From: Eledone cirrhosa
Lineage: Eukaryota
Direction: 5' to 3'
NCBI GenBank assembly: GCA_964016885.1
Contig: OZ024748.1
Coordinates: 51,956,001-52,020,000 of the forward strand
DNA length: 64,000 bases
Part shown: one piece after another, positions 39,690 through 54,944 of the stretch
How positions within the stretch are numbered: position 1 is the first letter of the stretch
How the letters are laid out: every line of letters starts with the position of its first letter
Notes under the pieces: generated by a model
What the model saw: the letters and a program-made list of their open reading frames with translations, nothing else
What the model was told of the DNA's origin: nothing
Database searches by the model: none
Translations under genes and position numbers: made by a program

Positions 39690-40148
39690 CATGTATATAT
39701 ATATATATATACACATATATATATACACATATATACATATATATATATATATACATGTATATATATATACATACATACATACATATATATATACATACAT
39801 ACATATATATATATACATATATATATATACATACATACATATATATATATACATATATATATATACATACATACATATATATATATACATATATATATAT
39901 ACATACATACATATATATATATACATGTATATATATATATATATATACACATATATACATATATATATATATACATGTATATATATATATATATATACAC
40001 ATATATACATATATATATATATACATGTATATATATATACATACATACATATATATATATATACATGTATATATATATACATACATACATATATATATAT
40101 ATATACATACATACATATATATATATACATACATACATATATATATAC

Positions 40149-40183
<35 letters not shown>

Positions 40184-40776
40184 CATACATACATATATAT
40201 ATATATATACATACATATATATATATATATATATACATACATATATATATATATACATACATATATATATATATATATACATACATATATATATATACAT
40301 ACATATATATATATACATACATATATATATATATATACATACATACATATATATATATACATACATATATATATACATACATATATATATATATATATAC
40401 ATACATATATATATACATACATATATATATATATATACATACATATATATATACATACATATATATATACATACATATATATATATATATATACATACAT
40501 ACATACATATATACATACATACATACATATATACATACATACATACATATATATATACATACATACATATATATATACATACATACATATATATATACAT
40601 ACATACATATATATATACATACATACATATATATATACATACATACATATATATATACATACATACATATATATATACATACATACATATATATATATAT
40701 ATACATACATATATATATATATATATACATACATATATATATATATATATACATACATATATATATATATACATAC

Positions 40777-40809
<33 letters not shown>

Positions 40810-40975
40810 CATACATATATATATATATACATACATATATATATATATACATACATATATATATATATATACATACATATATATATATATATACATACAT
40901 ATATATATATATATATACATACATATATATATATACATATATACATATACATATATATATATACATATATACATA

Positions 40976-41584
40976 TGGTGGCTGCCAACTCGTTTTCGAG
41001 TACGGCCACTACTTTATATCCATGTAGGAGAACCCCTACCGATGCGCTGAACGAGTGTGACTTTTTAGTCCAGTCAGCGACTTGAAAACTCTGGCACAGA
41101 TACCCCACCTGTGACCATTATTGACACATAGTGCTGGGCCCATTGTATCATGTGATGACAAGTGCAGAGATATCTCCAGATATAAAGCAATGCCTGTGCC
41201 GTGAAGCTTTTATAGTGAGCAAAGGCACTGCACAAAGCCAGTCCCACTCTCTTAACCAAGATGATATTTACCAAAAAGAAGAACAAGTCAACATCATTGG
41301 ATACCATCAGGGTTGCAGGTGTTATATCAGAGTTTTCCTTCTCCTAGAATTCTGCCTTGACAAAGGCTAAGGGGTCATCTCTCCCTGTGATTTTGGATGG
41401 CCATTGACTCTTAAGAGCTCCTTTGCCCTTTGACAGGTCTTGTTTTTAGTCCTGCAGGATGTCCAAAGTCACCCTCCTCACCAAGAAACCTTGGTGGGGT
41501 TGCCAGTTTAGTCGCCAACGACCCGACCATGAGACAGGTTGTACTGGGATACATGTTACCAGTAGCACCAACTGTAGCACCAAC
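40976..41584 (-). mobile_element. RTE derivative, copy 2
   Basis: Near-identical to 36876-37484. Confidence 0.75.
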
Positions 41585-42223
41585 ATATATACATATACAT
41601 ATATATATACATATATACATATATATATATACATATATACATATACATATATATATACATATATACATATATATATATACATATACATATATACATATAT
41701 ATATATACATATATACATATACATATATATACATACATATATACATATATATACATACATATATATATATATATACATATATACATACATATATATATAT
41801 ATACATATATACATACATATATATATATATACATATATACATACATATATATATATATACATATATACATACATATATATATATATACATATATACATAC
41901 ATATATATATACATATATACATACATATATATATACATATATACATACATATATATATACATATATACATACATATATATATACATATATACATACATAT
42001 ATATATATATATACATATATACATACATATATATATATACATACATATATATATATACATACATGTACATATATATATATACATGTGTATATATATATAT
42101 ATATATATACATGTGTATATATATATATATATATACATGTGTATATATATATATATATACATACATGTATATATATATATATACATATATATATATACAT
42201 ATGTATATATATATACATACATG

Positions 42224-42255
<32 letters not shown>

Positions 42256-42301
42256 CATATGTATATATATATATACATATGTATATATATATACATACAT
42301 G

Positions 42302-42333
<32 letters not shown>

Positions 42334-42437
42334 CATATGTATATATATATACATGTATTATATATATACATGTGTATATATATATATATATACATGTATA
42401 TATATATATACATATATATACATGTATATATATATAC

Positions 42438-42479
<42 letters not shown>

Positions 42480-42585
42480 ATATATATATATATACATATA
42501 TATACATGTATATACATATATATACATGTATATACATATATACATGTATATATATATATATATATATACACTATATATATATATA

Positions 42586-42728
42586 CCCTAGAAGAGGAAG
42601 ACCTAAGGACAGACACTGGTCTGTTGGAGACGCGGGACATGGCAGCGATAATGAGGGACAGAGACCGCTGGAGAGAACTCGTCCATGGATCTCAGGAATT
42701 TTACCCGCCTTAGATAGATAGATAGATA
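42586..42728 (+). mobile_element. RTE/RTE-X LINE extreme 3' fragment with (TAGA)n tail
   Basis: PRRGRP / [27 protein letters not shown]. Confidence 0.75.
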
Positions 42729-42729
42729 T

Positions 42730-42814
<85 letters not shown>

Positions 42815-42817
<3 letters not shown>

Positions 42818-45036
42818 TCATCATCATCATCATCATCAACGTTTAACGTCCGTGTTCCACGCTTGCATGGGTTTGGACGGGGGTAGTCCCACTTGAGGCA
42901 AGAGTGATTGTCTTGCTCGCATAGGACTGTCTGGCAGGTTTTCTACAGTTGGATGCCCTTCCTAACACCAACCACATTTACAGTATGGGTCTGGGAGGTT
43001 TTTACCGTGTTGCCTACACGGCCACATTACAGCGTGGACTGTGTGTTTTTTTGTCGTGACACCTACACGATCTCATTTGTTTCGGCCTCGATGGCGCGGC
43101 ACCAACATAACTTTACATAGAACGGGGTGGTGTGGATGGGGTGGGGGTGGTGGTGGTGGGACGGGGTGTATTTTGTTAGAGATGCCTACTGGCTGGAGTA
43201 GGTTTTACTATATATTTAGGTAAGGCGGGTCTTCTCTGTTACTGAGTACCGCCAAAGGTCTCGGTCCAGTGACATTGTCTTGGAGAGGTGTAAGTGTGTG
43301 ATGTCGGAGTTTATCAGCTCGTCCCAGGATTTTCTAGGTCTGCCTATTCCGTGACTACCGTCTATCTTTATTGCCCTGCACTTTGTTATACAGCTATCGA
43401 CTTTCATGCGCATCACGTGTCCATACCAACGTAGCCTTCTCTCGAGTAAACAACATCTGATCCCTCTTATCTCTAATTTTTTCCTTAGTTCGTTTATGCT
43501 TTGCCGTTCACGTATATTACTGTTACACATCCAGCGGAGCATGCAAGCTTCGTTCCTCTCTAGTCTGCGTATATCCTCTGCACACAATGCCCAGGTCTCA
43601 CTGCCATGCACCATTGCTGTTCGTATGCAGGCATCGTACAACCTGCCTTTCATTTTTAGGGAGAACCCTTTAGCAGCTAATAGTGGTATAAGCTCTCTGA
43701 ACTTTTTCCAACCAGTTCTGACTCTAGCTACAGTACTTTCAGAGCACCCTCCCCCACTGCTGATTTTATCGCCCAGGTAACGGAATCTGTCCACTATTTC
43801 TATAGAACCCTCTGCGCAATTGAAAGAGCTAGTATTTTGTGGGCAATTGCTGCTACTTATTGCACCAGAGCACCGGCCACATGTAAAATCTATGTTCTTA
43901 GTTAGCTTACCTGTGATCCCACTACATCTTTTATGCACCCATACTTTGCATTTAGGACATAAAATGGAGTTTCTACCTACGCCTTTCCTACACACCGAGC
44001 ACGACCATTTCCCAGAAGGGACCGCCGCCTTGTTTTCTTTCCTACAAACTAGTACTTTGGTCTTAGCCAGGTTAATTTTAAGTCCTTTTGACTCTAGGCC
44101 GTGCTTCCATGTTTGGAATTTCTTCTCTAGCTCGGCCATTGATTCCGCTATGAGTGTCAGGTCGTCTGCGTATAGGAGTTCCCATGGGCAGCCTGTCTTG
44201 AACTCCTCTGTTATAGCCTGAAGGGTAATAATAAATAGTAGTGGGCTGAGAACAGAGCCCTGATGGACGCCAACTTTTACGCTAAACTCTTCACTATATT
44301 CGTTGTTAATTCTAACCTTGCTGACTGTTTCTTTATACATGGCTTGTATAGCCCTCACAACGCCTAGTTTTCTAAGAGCCCACCAGATAATGGAGCGGGG
44401 GACTCTGTCGAAGGCTTTCTCCAAGTCGACAAAAGCTAAGTAGAGGGGTTTACCTTTAGCTAGGTACTTCTCCTGTAGTTGTTGTACTATGAAAAGAGCG
44501 TCTGTGGTACTTTTGCCTGACACAAACCCGAACTGCATTTCATCTAGGTCAATTCTCTCTCTGATTAGTTGCGCTATTACTTTTTCCGTGACCTTCATGA
44601 CCTGGTCGATTAATTTAATGCCTCTATAGTTACTCCTATCTAGGGCGTCTCCTTTACCCTTATAACAGTTAACGATGATGCTGCTATGCCAGTCCTTCGG
44701 AACAACCCCATTCTGTACGACTTGGTTAACTATGCGGGTGACCATGTTGTGTCCCACCGTGCCAGATGCCTTCAGCATCTCAGCAACTATTTCCGAAGGC
44801 CCAGCCGCCTTACCCGTCTTCATATCCTTGATTGCCTTACTTATTATACTCCCCTCGACTAATACTGCTGGTCCCTCTATTGGGTCGATATGGGGGAGAC
44901 TGTCTTTCTCCCATTTATTCTCCTCATTTAGTAGCCTTTCATAGTGACACTTCCAAGCTACCTTCTTATCAGCGTCGGTGATGGCAAGTGTGCCATCGTC
45001 GTTTAGTACACACTTCTCCCCGACAATATCACGGGT
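42815..45036 (-). mobile_element. RTE-clade LINE, 5'-truncated
   Basis: RT ORF, ~400-bp 3' UTR and (ATG)n tail. Confidence 0.95.
43216..45036 (-). CDS. RTE reverse transcriptase (partial, no endonuclease) with PHD-finger-like insertion
   Basis: KAAGPS, YKGKGD..NYRGI, QFGF, FVDLEKAFD, GVHQGSVLSPLLF, LYADD, FRYLG; CSVC..CPKC..HKRC..CGRC. Confidence 0.9.
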   Translation of the reverse strand, partial: TRDIVGEKCVLNDDGTLAITDADKKVAWKCHYERLLNEENKWEKDSLPHIDPIEGPAVLVEGSIISKAIKDMKTGKAAGPSEIVAEMLKASGTVGHNMVTRIVNQVVQNGVVPKDWHSSIIVNCYKGKGDALDRSNYRGIKLIDQVMKVTEKVIAQLIRERIDLDEMQFGFVSGKSTTDALFIVQQLQEKYLAKGKPLYLAFVDLEKAFDRVPRSIIWWALRKLGVVRAIQAMYKETVSKVRINNEYSEEFSVKVGVHQGSVLSPLLFIITLQAITEEFKTGCPWELLYADDLTLIAESMAELEKKFQTWKHGLESKGLKINLAKTKVLVCRKENKAAVPSGKWSCSVCRKGVGRNSILCPKCKVWVHKRCSGITGKLTKNIDFTCGRCSGAISSSNCPQNTSSFNCAEGSIEIVDRFRYLGDKISSGGGCSESTVARVRTGWKKFRELIPLLAAKGFSLKMKGRLYDACIRTAMVHGSETWALCAEDIRRLERNEACMLRWMCNSNIRERQSINELRKKLEIRGIRCCLLERRLRWYGHVMRMKVDSCITKCRAIKIDGSHGIGRPRKSWDELINSDITHLHLSKTMSLDRDLWRYSVTEKTRLT

Positions 45037-45081
45037 ATATATATATATATATATATATACATACATGTATATATATATAAA

Positions 45082-45320
45082 TGGTGGTGGCTGCCAACTC
45101 GTTTTCGAGTACGGCCACTACTTTATATCCATGTAGGAGAACTCCTACCGATGCGCTGAAGGAGTGTGACTTTTTAGTCCAGCCAGCGACTTGAAAACTC
45201 TGGTACAAACACTACACTTGTGACAATTATTGACACATAGTGCTGGGCCCATGGTACCATGTGACGACAAGTGCAGAGAGATCTCCATATACAAAGCAAT
45301 GCCTGTGCCGTGAAGCTTTT
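45082..45320 (-). mobile_element. RTE derivative, copy 3 (5'-truncated)
   Basis: Matches 36876-37111. Confidence 0.75.
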
Positions 45321-45336
45321 ATATATATATATGCAT

Positions 45337-45367
<31 letters not shown>

Positions 45368-45370
45368 CAT

Positions 45371-45401
<31 letters not shown>

Positions 45402-45404
45402 CAT

Positions 45405-45482
<78 letters not shown>

Positions 45483-45486
45483 ACAT

Positions 45487-45520
<34 letters not shown>

Positions 45521-45566
45521 ACATACATACATGTATATATATATATATATATACATACATACATGG

Positions 45567-45599
<33 letters not shown>

Positions 45600-45718
45600 C
45601 ATACATACATACATATATATACACATACATACATACATGTATATATATATATATATATACATACATACATACATGTATATATATATACATACATACATAC
45701 ATGTATATATATATACAT

Positions 45719-45751
<33 letters not shown>

Positions 45752-45957
45752 CATACATACATACATGTATATATATATATACATACATACATACATGTAT
45801 ATATATATATACATACATACATACATGTATATATATATATACATACATACATACATGTATATATATATATACATACATACATACATGTATATATATATAT
45901 ACATACATACATACATGTATATATATATATACATACATACATACATGTATATATATA

Positions 45958-46566
45958 TGGTGGCTGCCAACTCGTTTTCGAGTACGGCCACTACTTTATA
46001 TCCATGTAGGAGAACCCCTACCGATGCGCTGAACGAATGTGACTTTTTAGTCCAGCCAGCGACTTGAAAACTCTGGTACAAAGGCTACACTTATGACCAT
46101 TATTGACACATAGTGCAGGGCCCATGGTACCATGTGACGACAAGTGCAGAGAGATCTCCAGATATAAAGCAATACCTGTGCCGTGAAGCTTTTATAGTGA
46201 GCAAAGGCACTGCACAAAGCCAGTCCCACTCTCTTAACCAAGATGATATTTACCAAAAAGAAGAACAAGTCAACATCATTGGATACCATCAGGGTTGCAG
46301 GTGTTATATCAGAGTTTTCCTTCTCCTAGAATTCTGCCTTGACAAAGGCTAAGGGGTCATCTCTCCCGGTGATTTTGGATGGCTATTGACTCTTAAGAGC
46401 TCCCTTGCCCTTTGACAGGTTTTGTTTTTAGTCCTGCAGGATGTCCAAAGTCACCCTCCTCACCAAGAAACCTTGGTGGGGTTGCCAGTTTAGTCGCCAA
46501 CGACCCGACCATGAGACAGGTTGTACTGGGATACATGTTACCAGTAGCACCAACTGGTGACCTGAC
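45958..46566 (-). mobile_element. RTE derivative, copy 4
   Basis: Near-identical to 36876-37484. Confidence 0.75.
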
Positions 46567-46884
46567 ATATATATATATACATACATACATACATACATGT
46601 ATATATATATACATACATACATACATACATGTATATATATATACATACATACATACATACATGTATATATATATATATATATACATACATACATACATAC
46701 ATATACATACATACATACATACATATATATACATACATACATACATACATGTATATATATATACATACATACATACATACATGTATATATATATACATAC
46801 ATACATACATACATGTATATATATATACATACATACATACATACATGTATATATATATACATACATACATACATGTATATATAT

Positions 46885-46915
<31 letters not shown>

Positions 46916-47496
46916 CATACATACATACATGTATATATATATACATACATACATACATACATGTATATATACATACATACATACATGTATATATATATAT
47001 ACATACATACATGTATATATATATATACATACATACATGTATATATATATACATACATACATGTATATATATATATACATACATACATGTATATATATAT
47101 ATACATACATACATGTATATATATATATACATACATACATGTATATATATATATACATACATACATGTATATATATATATACATACATACATGTATATAT
47201 ATATATACATACATACATGTATATATATATACATACATACATGTATATATATATATACATACATACATGTATATATATATATATACATACATGTATATAT
47301 ATATATACATACATGTATATATATATACATACATACATGTATATATATAAACATACATACATACATGTATATATATATACATACATACATACATGTATAT
47401 ATATATACATACATACATGTATATATATATACATACATAGATGTATATATATATACATACATACATGTATATATATATACATACATACATGTATAT

Positions 47497-49539
47497 AGAA
47501 CTATAAACAAATCTAAGAGCAGAATCCCTAGAAATAGAAAAACACTCATCAGAAAAATTAAGAGAACGAACAAAAAAATCAACAAGCTGAAATACTGTCA
47601 GCAGCAACACATCAACTTGACTGCCATTTCATCACTAGAGATTAAAAAACATAACCTCCAAAACAACATAATGTCCCTCATCAACAATCAGAGAAGAGCT
47701 GAAGAGGCCTGGGCCATTGAGAAGATCAAACTCAATCCCAAAGTGTTCTTTTCATTTGCAAAAAAACACAAAATCACTGGCTCTACTGTTGGCCCTCTAA
47801 TTGATGAAAATGGCACTCTTCAAGACAATGCTAAAACCATGGGTGAGATACTGCAGAAACAATACTGCTCTGTTTTCAGCAATCCTGATATGGCCGATCT
47901 GGGCTGTATCGGCGATGTTACTCCCCATTACACCTTATCGGACATAACGTTTGGCGCCCCTGATGTCTTGGCGGCAATAAAGGAAATCAAGCATAATTCA
48001 GCAGTAGGTCCCGATAGGTTCCCTGCTTGTGTCTTGAAGGCGTGTCAACACCAACTTGCTTCTCCTCTTGCCAATCTGTGGCGGAACTCACTGGATGCTG
48101 GATATGTGCCAGAAAACCTTCTATCCCAGTCTGTTGTCCCAGTTTTCAAAAAGGGAAACAAATCCCTTGCCGTGAATTACCGTCCAATCTCACTCACCTC
48201 TCATATCATTAAGGTATTTGAGCGAGTGGTGAGATCGCGAATGACCCACTTCCTTGAGAGTAACAATATGCTGAACTCCAACCAGCATGGATTCCGTAAT
48301 GGAAGGGATTGCCTGACGCAACTACTGCATCACTTTGATGACATTTTGAGAGCCTTGGGAGAGGGTTCCAACACTGATGTTATCTACCTTGATTTCAGCA
48401 AGGCCTTTGACAGGGTTGATCATAACATTCTACTGAGAAAGCTGTCCAATATTGGTGTCACTGGAAAGCTGCTGCAGTGGATCAAGAGCTTCCTGTCAAA
48501 CAGAACCCAACATGTTGTAGTTGAGGGAGTCAAATCAAGCCCAGCCAAAGTCAGTAGTGGAGTCCCACAAGGCACTGTGTTGGGCCCACTTCTCTTCATC
48601 ATCTATATTAATGACATCACTGACATCATCAAACACAGCAACATTAAAATTTTCGCTGATGATTCCAAGCTCCAAAAGGTCATCAATGGCGTGGATGACC
48701 GGATAAGCCTTCAGTCAGACCTACTGGCTGTTACCCAATGGGCAGAAAAGAACAACATGTTACTGAACGAAGATAAATTCGAACTGATCCACTTTGGAAA
48801 AGAGGATGCTCTGAAACTCCCGTACTCCCTTCCCTCCGGGGAAACTCTCGTGGCATCTAACAACATCAGAGACTTGGGAGTAACCGTGGACAGCAACATA
48901 AGCTGGACCACGCATATAAGCAGCAAAGTTGACATGGCCCGCAGAATGTGTTCCTGGATCCTCAGAACCTTCCAGTCGAGAGATTCCCGCACCATTATCC
49001 TTCTCTTCTCTACTTTCGCCCGACCACACCTTGAATACTGTTGTCCACTGTGGTCTCCCCACACGAAACAAAGTATCATGAAACTTGAAGCTCCTCAAAG
49101 GGCAATCACGAAAAAGATAGATGGCATGTCAGACCTTGACTACTGGGGTCGATTGGAAAACCTGAAACTTTACTCACTCCAACGTCGCCGTGAGCGTTAT
49201 ATTATCTGCATGATGTGGAAAATGTTCCATCATCACTGCCCAAATGATGTTGGCATCGCCTTCAAGATACACCCAAGGCTTGGGCCCCGTGCTATCCGTC
49301 CCATTCAAAAATCTAAATCGCAACTCATAACAACAATACGGCACAATTATTTCACCTCAATCGGCCCTGCTCTCTTCAACATCACACCAGGACACGTCAA
49401 AACAGAAACTGACCACACAAAATTCAAGAAGTCTTTGGACAAATTCCTCCAAGTAATCCCGGACAAACCACCCACACCCGGATATGTCTCCGCAAACAGT
49501 AATTCTCTTCTCGAATGGGCCATGGTGCCCAAATCCTGA
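47497..49539 (+). CDS. CR1-group (CR1/Crack/L2-like) LINE ORF2, 5'-truncated, intact RT
   Basis: [75 protein letters not shown]; no stops. Confidence 0.93.
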   Translation, partial: RTINKSKSRIPRNRKTLIRKIKRTNKKINKLKYCQQQHINLTAISSLEIKKHNLQNNIMSLINNQRRAEEAWAIEKIKLNPKVFFSFAKKHKITGSTVGPLIDENGTLQDNAKTMGEILQKQYCSVFSNPDMADLGCIGDVTPHYTLSDITFGAPDVLAAIKEIKHNSAVGPDRFPACVLKACQHQLASPLANLWRNSLDAGYVPENLLSQSVVPVFKKGNKSLAVNYRPISLTSHIIKVFERVVRSRMTHFLESNNMLNSNQHGFRNGRDCLTQLLHHFDDILRALGEGSNTDVIYLDFSKAFDRVDHNILLRKLSNIGVTGKLLQWIKSFLSNRTQHVVVEGVKSSPAKVSSGVPQGTVLGPLLFIIYINDITDIIKHSNIKIFADDSKLQKVINGVDDRISLQSDLLAVTQWAEKNNMLLNEDKFELIHFGKEDALKLPYSLPSGETLVASNNIRDLGVTVDSNISWTTHISSKVDMARRMCSWILRTFQSRDSRTIILLFSTFARPHLEYCCPLWSPHTKQSIMKLEAPQRAITKKIDGMSDLDYWGRLENLKLYSLQRRRERYIICMMWKMFHHHCPNDVGIAFKIHPRLGPRAIRPIQKSKSQLITTIRHNYFTSIGPALFNITPGHVKTETDHTKFKKSLDKFLQVIPDKPPTPGYVSANSNSLLEWAMVPKS

Positions 49540-49615
49540 ATTGAAAGACTTCGCCAGGTGGTGCTATTAAGTTAGACATGGCCTGGGCCAATACTGGCCA
49601 AAACATTTCAAAGTT
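49540..49615 (+). other. short LINE 3' UTR with stem-loops running into (TA)n
   Basis: CCAGG..CCTGG and GGCCA(ATAC)TGGCC. Confidence 0.6.
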
Positions 49616-50551
49616 ATATATATATACATACATACATGTATATATACATACATACATACATATATATATACATACATACATACATACATATATACATACA
49701 TACATACATACATACATACATGTATATATATATACATATATACATACATACATACATGTATATATATATACATACATACATACATGTATATATATATATA
49801 CATACATACATACATGTATATATATATATATACATACATACATACATGTATATATATATACATACATACATACATGTATATACATACATACATACATGTA
49901 TATACATACATACATACATACATGTATATATATATACATACATACATACATGTATATATATATACATACATACATGTATATATATATACATACATACATA
50001 CATGTATATATATATACATACATACATGTATATATATACATACATACATGTATATATATATATACATACATACATGTATATATATATATACATACATGTA
50101 TATATATATATACATACATACATGTATATATATATATACATACATGTATATATATATATACATACATACATGTATATATATATATACATACATGTATATA
50201 TATATATACATACATACATGTATATATATATATATATACATACATACATGTATATATATATACATACATACATGTATATATATATACATACATACATGTA
50301 TATATATATACATACATACATACATGTATATATATATACATACATACATACATGTATATATATATATACATACATACATGTATATATATATATATATACA
50401 TACATACATGTATATATATACATACATACATACATGTATATATATATATACATACATACATGTATATATATATACATACATACATGTATATATATACATA
50501 CATACATACATGTATATATATATACATACATACATGTATATATATATACAT

Positions 50552-50585
<34 letters not shown>

Positions 50586-50749
50586 CAACATCATTTAACG
50601 TCTGTTTTCCATGCTAGCAAGTGTTGGACATATTTGTGTGAGTGCATGTATGACAGTGTATGTGAGTGTGTGTATGTGTATGAGTGTGTGAGTGCATGTA
50701 TGACAGTGTATGTGTGTATGAGTGTGTGCATGCATGTGTTAGTGTACAA

Positions 50750-50792
<43 letters not shown>

Positions 50793-51404
50793 TGTGTATT
50801 CCTTTCAATATCATTTCAATGATAAGCAATGAATACAAATTTTTGAAAAATTATAATGCAATTACAAATATATTTTAGTTACAGCCTCTTTGTTATTATA
50901 TTGTTGTGGTTTTTATTATTAAATTAAGAAATCATTATTATTATTATAATCCTCTTTATTGTTGTCATCCTCATCGTTGTAAATAAAAGATAAAAAAAAA
51001 ACTGACATCATCATCATCATCATACAATTGTTTTCAATATAGTTATTTTCAAAAGTATTCATTTCAACTACAACTATTATTATTAGCATTATTATCATTA
51101 TTAGTAGTAGTAGCAGTAGTAGTAGTGATTCTATTGTTATCCTCAATATTATTAGTATAATTACCATTATCATTATCAATAAAATTATCCCCCGCCTCAT
51201 CATTATCATAATTGTTATTATTGTTATTAATATTGTTATTGTTGTTATTGTTGTTGTAATTTTAGTTATTGTAATCATTATCATAATAATTATTTTATAG
51301 AAATTTATATAACTAATTTATTTATTTCTGTGATATTTCTCTGCTGACACCTTACAGGACATTAATACTTCCAAATATCCAGATAATATAAGTAGAGCAC
51401 ATGA

Positions 51405-51628
51405 GGATTGGCAGTAGAATCGGTAGAGCATTGGACAACAAATGTTGTGGCATAGTTACATCCCTTTTATGTTCTAAATTCCAATTCTACTGAGGTTAGC
51501 TTTGCTTTTCATCCTTACGAGGTCGTTAAAATAAAGTATCAGTAATACATTGGGGTTAATTTAACTGGCTTTCCCCTTTACCCCAAAAATTGTTGGCCTT
51601 GTGCCTAAATCAGAAATTATTATTATTA
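51405..51628 (+). mobile_element. SINE family A
   Basis: Homology to other copies. Confidence 0.8.
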
Positions 51629-51714
51629 CATGCATATTTTCATTCCAGTATGAAACTCAATCTTGTCAGTATGGCATCAGTCTGAATAAATTGAATTTTT
51701 TTTTTTTCCAGTAT

Positions 51715-51928
51715 TTAAACCTTTAGCATATACATTAACCTATATTTACTCTTGTATTTTTATGGTAAAGGCTTTATTTCACATAATATCAAATCTATGA
51801 GATTTTGATATTTATTTTGAGAACAATACCTTAACATCAGTATGAGTGGCCGGTTACAACCAGTTTGAAGAGAAAGAGGTGAGAGAATTCTGGCCAGATA
51901 CGGCCGGTTTAAATGCTAAGGGGTTAAA
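51715..51928. mobile_element. piggyBac-like MITE
   Basis: Homologous to 1778-1994; ends GGG|TTAA. Confidence 0.72.
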
Positions 51929-52233
51929 TATGGAATGTACTGCTTTTGTTAAAAACTGTTGACAGATTTTCTGATTCAACATAGAAAAGTTGCCATACAG
52001 GTCACCAAACTAAATATCAAACCTCATCAATAGATTAAGGTCTCTCTTTACCAGTATATGTAAGATGCATGAAACCAATTGTTTATTGTGACTACCAGTC
52101 TGCACATGTTACCACATCTCTGATGCAATATATGTGCAAAACAGCTCAGCTTGTTATAATGATCACATTTTATTTCCTTTCTTTGATGGAGGCCCAACAT
52201 GCATTTGTGTGTGTGTATATATAAATATATATA

Positions 52234-52424
52234 TAACAAAGGAGTTGTGGTAAGGAACCAGATTGACCATAACGCACCAGAGTACTCAATACATGGGGTA
52301 GTAGAGTGGGAAATAGGAAAAAGTATGACCCCGACGGCAGAGCTCAAGCCGTTTCAACGGCTATTTCTGGACTAGAAATAGCCGTCGAAACGGCTTAAGC
52401 TCTGCCGTCGGGGTCATACTTTTT

Positions 52425-52430
<6 letters not shown>
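52234..52430. mobile_element. family P4 cassette (opposite orientation to 34791)
   Basis: Arms ~52316-52368 and 52374-52428; tail on the minus strand. Confidence 0.75.
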
Positions 52431-52473
<43 letters not shown>

Positions 52474-52532
52474 GCATATATATATATATATATATATATA
52501 TGCGTATATGTATTACTAATTAATTGCTGAAG

Positions 52533-52563
<31 letters not shown>

Positions 52564-52814
52564 AACATATATGTGTGAACATATATAAAAACACATATGT
52601 ATGTATTACTAATTAATTCCTGAAGATATATAAGATATATATATATATATATGTGTATGTGTGAGTATGTGGGTGGGTGTTTATGAACTATATTTCTTTT
52701 AATTAAATGCTGTATATGATATATTAATTCACACACAAACCCACACTCGATAAGCTATCAATTGTCTTAAAACCACTTTTGTTTTCTGATGCCTACAGAT
52801 TATATAAGTAAATT

Positions 52815-53972
<1,158 letters not shown>

Positions 53973-54151
53973 TCATCATCATCATCATCTTCGTTTAACG
54001 TCCACTTTCCACGCTAGCATGGGTTAGACGGGAGTTGTCCCACTTGAGGCAAGGGTGGTCGGGTGACCGTGTCTCGCTCATTCTATGGCTGGATGCCCTT
54101 CCTAACACCAACCACATTTACAGTGTGGATATATATATATATATACATATA

Positions 54152-54499
54152 GAGGCACATGGCTTAGTGGTTAGAGCATTGGCCTTGCAATCGAAAGGTT
54201 GTGAGTTCAATTCTCAGACCGGGCGATGTGTTGTTTCCTTGAGCAAGACACTTTATTTCACATTGCTCCAGTTTACTCAGCTCTAGAAATGAGATAGGGA
54301 CTGAGGTCCATATCATTCCACTACAAAGTGGCCGTGGAGGTGCCACGGCAAAAAGAAAAGCAGCCAGCACTCACTGTAAATGAGGTTGGTGTTAGGAAGG
54401 GCATCCAGCTGTAGAAATCAAGCCAGAATCAGTTCCCATCTCACCCTTGCAAGCAGGGAAAAGTGGACGTAAAATGAAATGATGATGATGAATGATGAT
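54152..54499 (+). mobile_element. SINE family B
   Basis: Near-identical to 11947-12292. Confidence 0.9.
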
Positions 54500-54505
54500 A
54501 TATAT

Positions 54506-54546
<41 letters not shown>

Positions 54547-54589
54547 TATGTGTGTGTGTGTGTATATATATATATACATACATATGTAT

Positions 54590-54634
<45 letters not shown>

Positions 54635-54900
54635 TGGGTGTATACACATGAGTTTCTATATATATATCTATGTATAAACAAAATAGAAAAACCGAATCAA
54701 TGTCAAACAAAACATTCAAACATTCTCCTAACCCAGACATTTGTTCTCAGAGATGAAACCAATTCCTTCAGAATAATTCCAAAAAATCCTAAAAAGACAA
54801 ACATAACACGCATATATATATACACACATTTATATATACACATAGATAGGCACACAAACATATATACATACAGATAAACACACAACACACACACACATAG

Positions 54901-54944
<44 letters not shown>

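Larger units (their letters stand above)
35802..50585. repeat. ~15-kb compound (TA)n/(TACA)n/TACATG microsatellite field interrupted by retroelements
   Basis: Direct reading. Confidence 0.95.

Noticed and set aside
35748-42721. Very long Y/I/H/T/M/C/V ORFs (up to 1265 aa)
   Set aside because: Translations of (TA)n/(TACA)n microsatellite, open in many frames on both strands
46597-47496. N-terminal ~300 aa of the 980-aa ORF
   Set aside because: Microsatellite read-through fused by chance to the truncated LINE ORF
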